From positions 1 to 37,256 of the forward strand of contig JAZQYG010000177.1 of NCBI GenBank assembly GCA_045633305.1: 37,256 bases of DNA, in the 5' to 3' direction. The notes under the pieces are model-generated. The model ran no database searches and was not told the DNA's origin. It was given only the letters and a program-made list of their open reading frames with translations. This DNA is from Clostridia bacterium (GTDB lineage: Bacteria; Bacillota; Clostridia; Christensenellales; RUG350). The translations under genes and the position numbers were made by a program. Positions 17,656 to 25,399 of this stretch are shown in pieces; position 1 is the stretch's first letter, and every line of letters begins with the position of its first letter.

Positions 17656-18696
17656 TTATCTATACTTGTTACCTTTAGGCGCAAAACCAACCGACTCGGA
17701 ATCTGCGGGGATTATTAGAGGCGCGTTGTTTTTGCGTTTTATCTTTTGAGGTTTTTCTTCTAGTTTCGCAAAGAAGAAAGGCTTTTCTTCTTTGAATTCG
17801 GGAAGAACGGGAGGCTCTTTGGTAACCTTGGAGGTTTTTGCCATCACGGTTATATCCCTAGGCTCATCATAGTCGTAAACGTACTCGTAAACGACGTCGT
17901 CATCTTCTTCCAAAATTTCCGTCTCGTCTGAACTAATAGGCGCAATAATAGGAATAACAGTTTCGATTTGCTCTTCTACGCTTTCAATAGACGAGATTTC
18001 CTCAACTAAACTTTGACTCTCGTTTTCGTTTGACTCCTCTTTTTGCTCTATATCAAGCAAGGTATCGTCTTGCTTTTCTTCGCTCTCCACGAGCGTGGGA
18101 TTTTCGCCGGCAAGAATCGAATCAACGGTGATAACGTCCTCGTCGTCAAGACTTAAAACTTCCCCTTTCTCTTCACTTTCTTGATTCAATTCGGGAGAAA
18201 GCAAAATTCCTGCTTTTGCAAAGTTTCTAAGTCTCGCACTTTGCCACTGGGAATAACTTTGCTTTCTAAAAGGAGTAGAACGAACTCTTTCTTGTTGTGG
18301 CGTCTCTACCAAAACGGGAGAAATTTCTTTTTCTTCTATCTCTTGAGGAAGATTGTCACTTGCGCTTAATTCTTGTATGGACTCTGTAACTTGCTCTTCT
18401 TGTTGATTGACTTGAGAGCTGGTATCCTCAACAAGTTCTTCTACCAGGGTAGTTTGCTCTTCTTCAATCGTTTCTTGAATTTCATTAGGAATATCTTGCT
18501 CTATAATAGATTCAGCCTCTTTGCCTTCAAAAGTAGGAGTCTCTTGTTCTACGTTTATCGAAGTTTTAGAGGTAATAGTGCCGTCAAAATATTCGTCACC
18601 CGGATATTCCACACCTATAAGAGCGGCGACGATTTTTGCATAATTAACGTCGTTAAAGCCCTTGTTCGATTTGTCTTTGTTGTTGATATCGGACAT
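17656..18696 (-). CDS. Highly acidic, low-complexity (E/Q/S/T-rich) protein, unknown function
   Basis: 346-aa ORF with a GGAGG Shine-Dalgarno. Composition is dominated by Glu, Gln, Ser and Val with no recognisable domain. The C-terminus is basic (KIKRKNNAPLII...KGNKYR). Confidence 0.6.
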   Translation of the reverse strand: MSDINNKDKSNKGFNDVNYAKIVAALIGVEYPGDEYFDGTITSKTSINVEQETPTFEGKEAESIIEQDIPNEIQETIEEEQTTLVEELVEDTSSQVNQQEEQVTESIQELSASDNLPQEIEEKEISPVLVETPQQERVRSTPFRKQSYSQWQSARLRNFAKAGILLSPELNQESEEKGEVLSLDDEDVITVDSILAGENPTLVESEEKQDDTLLDIEQKEESNENESQSLVEEISSIESVEEQIETVIPIIAPISSDETEILEEDDDVVYEYVYDYDEPRDITVMAKTSKVTKEPPVLPEFKEEKPFFFAKLEEKPQKIKRKNNAPLIIPADSESVGFAPKGNKYR

Positions 18697-18708
18697 ATCT
18701 ACCTCCGA

Positions 18709-19932
18709 TTAACGAGCCAACTTTTCAAGTTTTCTTGCCTTTTTTTCGGACTTTTTAGCAAGTTTGCGTTCCTTCTTGCTTTGGTAATTTGGACTTTCTT
18801 TTTTGGTATTTCTCACAAAAAAGGCTAGTACGAAACGGAGTACTATTGCGCCAACGAATACGTAACTGCCCATTGCTAAGAGTTTCAAAAAGTTTCCGCT
18901 ACCCGTCATAAGAATATTTAGTCCTACGATATTAATAGCGCAAAGAATAAACGATACGAAAGACAACCAGTAAAATCTACCTTTTGTTCTTCCGCTTGCG
19001 ACTCTAACAAATCCTATTATCGCGTCGATAACGAGCAAAATTACGACTAAAACGAGGGATACGGCATACGCCCACCACGCTATATGAAGAGTGATGTCTT
19101 CTGCTCGTAAAACGTAATTGATAATATAATCAACAAGACTCGGAACGTGTTGAATTTCAGTGCCTCTCAAAGTAAAGTTGTAAATTATGGTATCTAATAC
19201 GTCTTTACCACAAAAAGCAAATTTTGTTTCACTTCCAAATTCAACGATAGGTAGCATAAACGGCGCAACGATTGCTCCGAGTGAAAGTAATATCATAATA
19301 AAACTTAAAATTCGAACTAAAAGTCTGCCTTTCTTCTTTTTGTAAACAGGCTCTCTATCTTCCTCCGTTTCAATTATGCTAACTTCTTGGTCTTCTTGAA
19401 CGAAATAATTATCGCTTACCACTTGAATAGGCTCTTGCGAAATAGCCTCTTCTTGCTCTTGTTCCTTTTCCTTACTAGGTTCTACGGGAGCACTTTCATT
19501 TTTGGGCGCCTGAGCAGGATATGGAGGATATGGATAAGCGCCATACGGAGGATATCCACCTTGCTGAACGTAAGAGGGATATGGATATGCACCATACGGA
19601 GGATAAGGCATCATCGGACCATAGGGCTGGCCGTAAGGCATAAAGTTTGCAGGAACGTTATTTGCGCTCTTTTTTATTTCTTCTTTGAGTTCGGTGAGTT
19701 CCTTAATGGTATCGTCAAGCATCTTGCGTTGCTCGGCAAGTGCTTGAACTAGTTCCATATTTTCTTCACTAGTTCCACTCATCATGTTTTTAAGGACGGG
19801 AATCAATGCTTTGATTCTCTCAACGTCCTGGCTAACGACTGGTGAAATCTCACGTTCAACTTTTTCTCCGCAATTAGGACAAAAGTTGCAAGAGTCGTTA
19901 ATTTCGGTTTTGCAATTTTTACATAAACGCAT
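18709..19932 (-). CDS. Zinc-ribbon / coiled-coil / Pro-Tyr-Gly repeat / 4-TM membrane protein, unknown function
   Basis: The N-terminus has CKNC...CNFCPNCG. A PYGQPYGPMMPYPPYGAYPYPSYVQQGGYPPYGAYPYPPYP repeat follows, then four hydrophobic helices and a Lys-rich tail. GGAGG Shine-Dalgarno before the ATG at 19932. Confidence 0.65.
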   Translation of the reverse strand: MRLCKNCKTEINDSCNFCPNCGEKVEREISPVVSQDVERIKALIPVLKNMMSGTSEENMELVQALAEQRKMLDDTIKELTELKEEIKKSANNVPANFMPYGQPYGPMMPYPPYGAYPYPSYVQQGGYPPYGAYPYPPYPAQAPKNESAPVEPSKEKEQEQEEAISQEPIQVVSDNYFVQEDQEVSIIETEEDREPVYKKKKGRLLVRILSFIMILLSLGAIVAPFMLPIVEFGSETKFAFCGKDVLDTIIYNFTLRGTEIQHVPSLVDYIINYVLRAEDITLHIAWWAYAVSLVLVVILLVIDAIIGFVRVASGRTKGRFYWLSFVSFILCAINIVGLNILMTGSGNFLKLLAMGSYVFVGAIVLRFVLAFFVRNTKKESPNYQSKKERKLAKKSEKKARKLEKLAR

Positions 19933-19954
19933 AATTTGCCTCCATTATATATCA

Positions 19955-19983
19955 ATTATATACTACTTAACTCAAAATTACAA
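19955..19983 (-). promoter_or_regulatory. Candidate promoter of the zinc-ribbon operon
   Basis: On the minus strand: TTGTAA (19983-19978), 17 nt spacer, TATAAT (19960-19955). Confidence 0.45.
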
Positions 19984-20026
19984 CTGTTTTTTAAAATTTC
20001 GACAATTTGCGAATATTTATTAACAA

Positions 20027-20060
20027 AAAAATGCGAACTTTTGCTCGCATTTTGGTTTTT
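20027..20060. terminator. Orphan terminator-like hairpin (not downstream of any called CDS)
   Basis: A-run, stem ATGCGA (20031-20036) / TCGCAT (20045-20050) extendable by A-T pairs, 8-nt loop, then TTTGGTTTTT. It is usable in either orientation. Confidence 0.45.
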
Positions 20061-20076
20061 ATAAATTTTTATATTT

Positions 20077-20219
20077 CCGTAGCGGTGAAAACCGATATAA
20101 ATCTCATCAAAATTCAAACGAATTTTTCATCCATACTTACCGCTAAATATTTCGGAATCGATACAAATCGAATATCAGTACTTTTTATATCTGTAATATT
20201 TTGGTTTTCACCGCTTCGG
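20077..20219. repeat. Long-stem inverted repeat (candidate structured RNA or MITE-like element)
   Basis: CCGTAGCGGTGAAAACC (20077-20093) pairs with GGTTTTCACCGCTTCGG (20203-20219), 17 bp with one mismatch. GATATAAA (20094-20101) pairs with TTTATATC (20184-20191). The element lies upstream of, not within, the leader of the 20358 gene. Confidence 0.5.
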
Positions 20220-20304
20220 TACTAATACTATGAGCAAGATTGCTTTGAATTATACGTGTGTTTTTAAAAAATTAAATTATTTTTTAAGAAAAATCAATTT
20301 AGCC

Positions 20305-20333
20305 TTGAAAAAGATTACTATATATGTTAAAAT
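20305..20333 (+). promoter_or_regulatory. Sigma-A promoter for the alpha-CTD/WG operon
   Basis: TTGAAA (20305-20310), 17 nt spacer, extended -10 TGtTAAAAT (20325-20333). AGAGGTG Shine-Dalgarno before the ATG at 20358. Confidence 0.6.
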
Positions 20334-20357
20334 AAATAAGTTATTAAGAGGTGAACT

Positions 20358-21116
20358 ATGGCTAAAAAACCAAGAAAACATTTTCATAAACACCACGCGC
20401 CTATTCAAGAATATACTCCAGTAGGCGACCCTGCTCTACTTGCAAAATCGATTCAAGAATTGAATCTATCGGCTAATACTCTCGATACTCTAACCGCTGG
20501 TAAAATCGAGACGGTTTGCGATATTTGTAAACGCACGGAGCGTGATATGTTCAAAATACAACGTTTCGGCAAAAAAAATCTTGAAGAAATTAGAAAAGTT
20601 TTATCAAATCTTGGACTTGCTTTTCGTCCTTTTGAGAAAAAGACGGAAGAAAATAAACCTACCGAGAACAAAGCAAAACAAGAAGATAATTCTAATAAAA
20701 AGCCTTCTCGTCCAAATTCTCCGGGAGAGCCCGAAGAGTGGGTTAAATTTACCAAAAACGGTAAATGGGGATTCAAAGATTTGCTCGGAAAAGAAGTTAT
20801 CCCCGCAAAATACGACGAAATTTTCCTTTTCCACGAAGGTCTGGCTTGCTTTGAAACGCTCGGAGAGTTCGGTTATCTCAACGCAAAGAACGAAATCGTT
20901 ATCGAGCCTAAGTTTGAGTGTGCTATGAGTTTTTCAGAGGGCTTAGCAAGCGTTACTTTGGACGGTAAATGCGGTTATATAAATAAAAACGGAGAAATCA
21001 TTATTAATTATGCTTACGACGCTGCAACCGCGTTTCAAAACGGTACGGCAAGGGTTAAACTTGACGGAAAATGGGGCGTTATAGATACAAAGGGAGAAGT
21101 AAACTGGAATAAATAA
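20358..21116 (+). CDS. RNA polymerase alpha C-terminal-domain-like (HhH) protein fused to WG/KWG beta-repeats
   Basis: DPALLAKSIQELNLSANTLDTLTAGKIETVCDICKRTERDMFKIQRFGKKNLEEIRKVLSNLGLAF aligns by eye with the E. coli RpoA CTD ([65 protein letters not shown]). The C-terminal half has repeats such as KWGFKDLLGKEVIPAKYDEI, KCGYINKNGEIIINYAYD and KWGVIDTKGEV. Confidence 0.75.
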   Translation: MAKKPRKHFHKHHAPIQEYTPVGDPALLAKSIQELNLSANTLDTLTAGKIETVCDICKRTERDMFKIQRFGKKNLEEIRKVLSNLGLAFRPFEKKTEENKPTENKAKQEDNSNKKPSRPNSPGEPEEWVKFTKNGKWGFKDLLGKEVIPAKYDEIFLFHEGLACFETLGEFGYLNAKNEIVIEPKFECAMSFSEGLASVTLDGKCGYINKNGEIIINYAYDAATAFQNGTARVKLDGKWGVIDTKGEVNWNK

Positions 21117-23524
21117 TGAAAAAGACACTTTTCGTATTATTCATATGTATTTTGCTTACGATAGGAGCAGTATGTTCGGCATCCGCCCAAACAGAGACGG
21201 AAGTTTCTTTCTTTTCGCCACAAAAAAGCGAATATCTTTCCTTATCCTCCCCTTATTTGACTGCTACAACGGATAACGTAACCGTTATTTTTGATAATGA
21301 TGGTTTTAAAATTTTATCTGACACAACAGAATCTATTCAATCATCTTACCACTACACTTGCGCATCAATCTACGAGAATTATCTTTTTGCCGTAACTGGA
21401 GAAAACGAAAATACGAGCGACAACTATTTAGTGTTCGTGTATAATTTGCAAAACGGCGAAAAAATACAAGGAACAGTTTTCGATACGGTTAGCGCTCGTT
21501 TTATAACTATTAAAGATTCGTTGCTTTATTTAAACACGGGTTCGTCTATAAACGTATACGACCTATCTAATCAAGAAATAACTTTAACTTCGACTAAACC
21601 TTATGCAAGCGAACTTTTTGCAATCAATGATAGTAACCAAACAATATTTAATAGTACTATAGCAGGCAGTAAATATATTGCAATTCAAGAAAATAACGTC
21701 AGAACTCAAATCGACTATGAATTCTCCGATATTTCAAGTTTTGACGGAGAAGTTTTTACTCTTTTTTCTTATCCTACTTATAATGCAATCCACGTTTACG
21801 ATTCAACTACGCTTGAATATAAACGTAACTTTTATTTACCTTACGCATCTTCAAACGTTGAAACGAACAACGGAAAATTACTCGTTACCTACCCCGACAT
21901 AAATAGCGTTGACGTATATTCGATAGATTCTTTTGAATATCTTTACTCAATATGCTCAAACGGAAATCAAGGCGCAAGATTCGACTCACCTTCACGCGTT
22001 TACGCTCACGGTGACTACGTTACCGTTGCAGACCAAAACAATAATCGTTTGATTCGTTTTGATTCAAACGGTCAAAAAGTACAAACTTTAACCCTTGACT
22101 CGAAAGTTTCTGATGCTATTGACTACGGAACGAAGGCATACGTTATTGCGGGCAACACTATCCGCATGACGACGGGTGGGGCTAATACAGTTTACGATAA
22201 AGCGGACGGCGTTTTGTTCACCTCCTTAAAATCTCTTGCAGTGGACTGTTTTGGTACGGTTTACGCTATAGACGGAGAACGCGTCGTATCAAAAGGCGAT
22301 AGCGATTCTACCTTCAAGGTCTTTGCAAAGGTCTCCCCTCTTTGTCTTACCGTTTCACCAAAGGGCTCCGTTCTTTATATGACGTATAGCGACAAAATTT
22401 CAGCGTACGATTCATTAGGTAAAGTAATATTCACCTCGAACATTTCGAGTAATCTCTCTCAAAACGCCGTTTGCGACTGTGACGTCGGAGGTAATATGTT
22501 CGTCCTTGACGGAGACAAACTTATTCGCTTTGCGCGCAGTTTAAGCGGTTACACGTACGATAAAACGTTAAACCTCACATTAAGTGGACAAAGTTTTGTT
22601 GGCTCTTCGATTTCTATATCGACAAACGGAGCGCTTTATCTCACTCAAAAAGATACTCACGCAATATTTACCCTAGATAAAAGCATAACGGGGGCTAGCG
22701 TGTACAACTCATCTGAGTTTACTCCTCCCGTAGACGTATACGAAAAAACTCCATTATCTCTTCCTCTAACCTTTGTAAAAGTTAACGTAGGCGGAGGATT
22801 TGTGTACGACTTTTCACAAAGTTATGAAAACACGAGAGTTATCAACGAAAACACGATTTTGTATCTTCTTGATAATGAAAGTGTAAACGGTTTTTATTAC
22901 GTTTATTACTCGGGAAAGGTGGGATATATTCCAACTACTTCGGTGACTGTGCTTGACACAACTACTTTTGCCTCTTACGACGCTTTTGCTTTGGTTACTA
23001 CTGAAATATACAAATATCCCAATAAAAACTCCGAGTTTAATATGGACGAACTTTTGAAAGGGACGTCATTTAAGGTGGTTGGTAATTCTTGCAATTTTAC
23101 CTCAATTGAAAATGGTAAAACGGTTTACTGGAACGAAATTTTGTACCAAGACAAAATATATTATATCGAGCGCACTCACATAGCGCCTGCAAATCCTACT
23201 CGCGCAGTCGACTATGGATATGCAAAACTACGCGCACCTTCCGTTGGAACTAAAATTTGCGTATATGCTCTTCCAGACGAAAATTCCGCACTTCTTGGAG
23301 AATTTGCAGACGGAACGGAGGTAAAACTACTCGGCGAAATAGATGAGGGAAGTACTTTTACCGAAGTTAAAATAGGTGACCTTATAGGTTACGTAAAAAC
23401 AACCGAACTCACAACAAACGGGCTAACTACTGCTCAAACCGTGATACTTATTTTGGTTCTTATAGGAGGACTTGCGTCAGTTACGATACTCGTGATTAGT
23501 CGTAAAATGCATCGCAAAAATTGA
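21116..23524 (+). CDS. Secreted, C-terminally membrane-anchored protein with beta-propeller-like (NHL-like) region and two SH3b-like domains
   Basis: Signal peptide MKKTLFVLFICILLTIGAVCSASAQ. NHL-like segment YVTVADQNNNRLIRFDSNGQ. SH3b-like ends GKVGYIPTTSV and GDLIGYVKTTEL. C-terminal helix VILILVLIGGLASVTILVI followed by SRKMHRKN. The start overlaps the upstream stop (TAATG). Confidence 0.65.
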   Translation: MKKTLFVLFICILLTIGAVCSASAQTETEVSFFSPQKSEYLSLSSPYLTATTDNVTVIFDNDGFKILSDTTESIQSSYHYTCASIYENYLFAVTGENENTSDNYLVFVYNLQNGEKIQGTVFDTVSARFITIKDSLLYLNTGSSINVYDLSNQEITLTSTKPYASELFAINDSNQTIFNSTIAGSKYIAIQENNVRTQIDYEFSDISSFDGEVFTLFSYPTYNAIHVYDSTTLEYKRNFYLPYASSNVETNNGKLLVTYPDINSVDVYSIDSFEYLYSICSNGNQGARFDSPSRVYAHGDYVTVADQNNNRLIRFDSNGQKVQTLTLDSKVSDAIDYGTKAYVIAGNTIRMTTGGANTVYDKADGVLFTSLKSLAVDCFGTVYAIDGERVVSKGDSDSTFKVFAKVSPLCLTVSPKGSVLYMTYSDKISAYDSLGKVIFTSNISSNLSQNAVCDCDVGGNMFVLDGDKLIRFARSLSGYTYDKTLNLTLSGQSFVGSSISISTNGALYLTQKDTHAIFTLDKSITGASVYNSSEFTPPVDVYEKTPLSLPLTFVKVNVGGGFVYDFSQSYENTRVINENTILYLLDNESVNGFYYVYYSGKVGYIPTTSVTVLDTTTFASYDAFALVTTEIYKYPNKNSEFNMDELLKGTSFKVVGNSCNFTSIENGKTVYWNEILYQDKIYYIERTHIAPANPTRAVDYGYAKLRAPSVGTKICVYALPDENSALLGEFADGTEVKLLGEIDEGSTFTEVKIGDLIGYVKTTELTTNGLTTAQTVILILVLIGGLASVTILVISRKMHRKN

Positions 23525-23526
23525 TT

Positions 23527-24480
23527 ATGAACAAATTTACTGTATTTGGAACGGGAAGATGGGGCTCCTTTATCTCCTGGTATCTCGCACAAAAAAATGA
23601 AGTCGTTGAGTACGGAAGAGAAAACTCTCCTTCCTTTCTCTCTCTTAAAAACGAAGGCAAAAACGAGTACGTTTCTTTGCATAAAAACATCCACCTAACT
23701 TCAGATATAGAACTTGCGGTGGATTCGTCTGACTACTTATTTATATCGATTTCAAGTCAAAGTTTGCGCTCATTTATCAAAAATCTTCCTAAAAAGCCTA
23801 ACAAAAAATATATCCTTTGTATGAAAGGATTAGAAGAAAACACTGGAAAAAGACTTTCTGAAATTTTAATTGAAGAGGGAATCGACAAAAAAAATATTGC
23901 AGTTTGGCTTGGGCCCGGTCATATTCAAGCCTTCACCGCGGGTAAACCCAACTGTATGGTTATAGACGGTTACGACGACAATCTCATAAAATATCTTGCG
24001 GATAATTTGCGTAGTAATTTAATACGATTCTATTACGGTGACGACGTTATCGGTAGTGAAGTCGGCGCTGCTGCAAAAAACGTTATGGGAATAGCGGCAG
24101 GTATGTTAGAAGGCGGAGGTTACGAAACCTTGAAAGGCGCGCTTATGGCAAGAGGTGCAAGAGAGGTTGCTCGTCTTATTTCTCTTATGGGCGGTAACGA
24201 ACTATCTGCATACGGACTATGTCACCTTGGAGACTATGAAACTACTCTATTTTCTAAATACTCAAACAACCGCTTATTTGGCGAAAAATTCGTTAAGGGC
24301 GAAGAGTTTTCTAAACTTGCAGAGGGCGTAGCAACCTCAAAGGCTATGAAACTGCTCGGTGAAAAATACGGAGAAGAACTTCCTATCACTAACGCAGTCT
24401 ACTCTATCTTGTATGAAAACAAAGAGCCTATGAGCGTATTTTTAACACTTTTCTCCAGAAGCACGAGAACGGAGTTTTAG
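23527..24480 (+). CDS. gpsA: NAD(P)H-dependent glycerol-3-phosphate dehydrogenase-like protein
   Basis: N-terminal GxGxxG (FGTGRWGS), GAAAKNVMGIAAG (GpsA has GALKNVIAIAAG), and GLCHLGDYETT. I prefer the ATG at 23527. The ORF-track TTG at 23521 overlaps the upstream stop. Confidence 0.65.
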   Translation: MNKFTVFGTGRWGSFISWYLAQKNEVVEYGRENSPSFLSLKNEGKNEYVSLHKNIHLTSDIELAVDSSDYLFISISSQSLRSFIKNLPKKPNKKYILCMKGLEENTGKRLSEILIEEGIDKKNIAVWLGPGHIQAFTAGKPNCMVIDGYDDNLIKYLADNLRSNLIRFYYGDDVIGSEVGAAAKNVMGIAAGMLEGGGYETLKGALMARGAREVARLISLMGGNELSAYGLCHLGDYETTLFSKYSNNRLFGEKFVKGEEFSKLAEGVATSKAMKLLGEKYGEELPITNAVYSILYENKEPMSVFLTLFSRSTRTEF

Positions 24481-24483
24481 TTC

Positions 24484-24515
24484 AAAAAACCACCCTTAAA
24501 TAAGGGTGGTTTTTT
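24484..24515. terminator. Bidirectional terminator between convergent operons
   Basis: Stem ACCACCCT (24489-24496) / AGGGTGGT (24503-24510), flanked by AAAAAA and TTTTTT. Confidence 0.8.
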
Positions 24516-24529
24516 AAGTTAATTTATAA

Positions 24530-25387
24530 TTAAATTTTTATAGTTTCGCCAGACTTAATGCTGTACTCTTTTCCGTCTATCGAAAACCAAATTTGATATA
24601 ACGTGGGATTATATACCATCAATCCGTCCGCACTATACTCTAAACTATTATAGGCTTTTGTATAATTATATATTTCGATATTCGTAGCATACCAAGTATC
24701 TTCTTTGTTTGCAATACACTCAAAAGTATTTTTTAGCATTTTTAAAACATTTTCATCTTCAAGTTCGACGCTATGTCCCCAAACGTAAAACAATCTTGGC
24801 TCTTGACGATTGATTGAATATTTAGATACGTCAATACTTGCAAAATCACGAGCAAATTCAAGCATTTGTGGATTTTTTTGATGCACGCTCGGTGTCCAGT
24901 TATACCAGTCAGTCGGCATTTCAAATTTATTATTATCAAATCCTGTTGTTCTTGCGTAAACTATCTCTAAATCCGATAAATAACCTCTTATCGTTTCATA
25001 GTTTATTCCATCAAAAAACTTTTTAACGCCAAAATCAGGATAAGCCATACCCTTGATTATTTGTTTGTAATTTTGTTCAAGTTCAATTCTAAGGTCAAGT
25101 ATTTCTTTAATTCCTTCTATTGCTCTTGTTGCCCCTGGCGCTCTATGATTGTATCCGTGTATTGCTATTTCGTGACCTTTGGTAGTTATAAATTCTTCGA
25201 CTTCCTCTTTGGTCAAGCAAAAGCCAGAATTAAACTTTTCACCGTTTAAATTAAACGTTCCTTTTAAGTTATATTCACTTAAAATGGCTGACGTGATTTT
25301 GTCTTGTTTACGTCCGTCGTCACAACTATACGTTACTGCTTTTGCTTTTCCATTTGGAAATCGCATAAATTTATATCTGTATGCCAT
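24530..25387 (-). CDS. Polysaccharide deacetylase family protein (CE4 / NodB homology domain)
   Basis: NodB motif 1 is TYSCDDG (TFDDG-type). Motif 2 is HGYNH (H-x-x-x-H) in GHEIAIHGYNH. No signal peptide. AAAGGTAAG Shine-Dalgarno. Confidence 0.7.
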   Translation of the reverse strand: MAYRYKFMRFPNGKAKAVTYSCDDGRKQDKITSAILSEYNLKGTFNLNGEKFNSGFCLTKEEVEEFITTKGHEIAIHGYNHRAPGATRAIEGIKEILDLRIELEQNYKQIIKGMAYPDFGVKKFFDGINYETIRGYLSDLEIVYARTTGFDNNKFEMPTDWYNWTPSVHQKNPQMLEFARDFASIDVSKYSINRQEPRLFYVWGHSVELEDENVLKMLKNTFECIANKEDTWYATNIEIYNYTKAYNSLEYSADGLMVYNPTLYQIWFSIDGKEYSIKSGETIKI

Positions 25388-25399
25388 ATTTCTTACCTT

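Noticed and set aside
18373-18828. 151-aa plus-strand ORF spanning the junction of the two minus-strand genes, and ORF 19387-19752 (+)
   Set aside because: They are antisense shadow ORFs in repetitive, biased coding sequence and have no Shine-Dalgarno.
20007-20424. ORFs 20007-20225 (72 aa) and 20230-20424 (64 aa) in the divergent intergenic region
   Set aside because: Neither has a Shine-Dalgarno. The first runs through the terminator-like hairpin and both arms of the inverted repeat. The second overlaps the promoter and the start of the alpha-CTD/WG gene in another frame.
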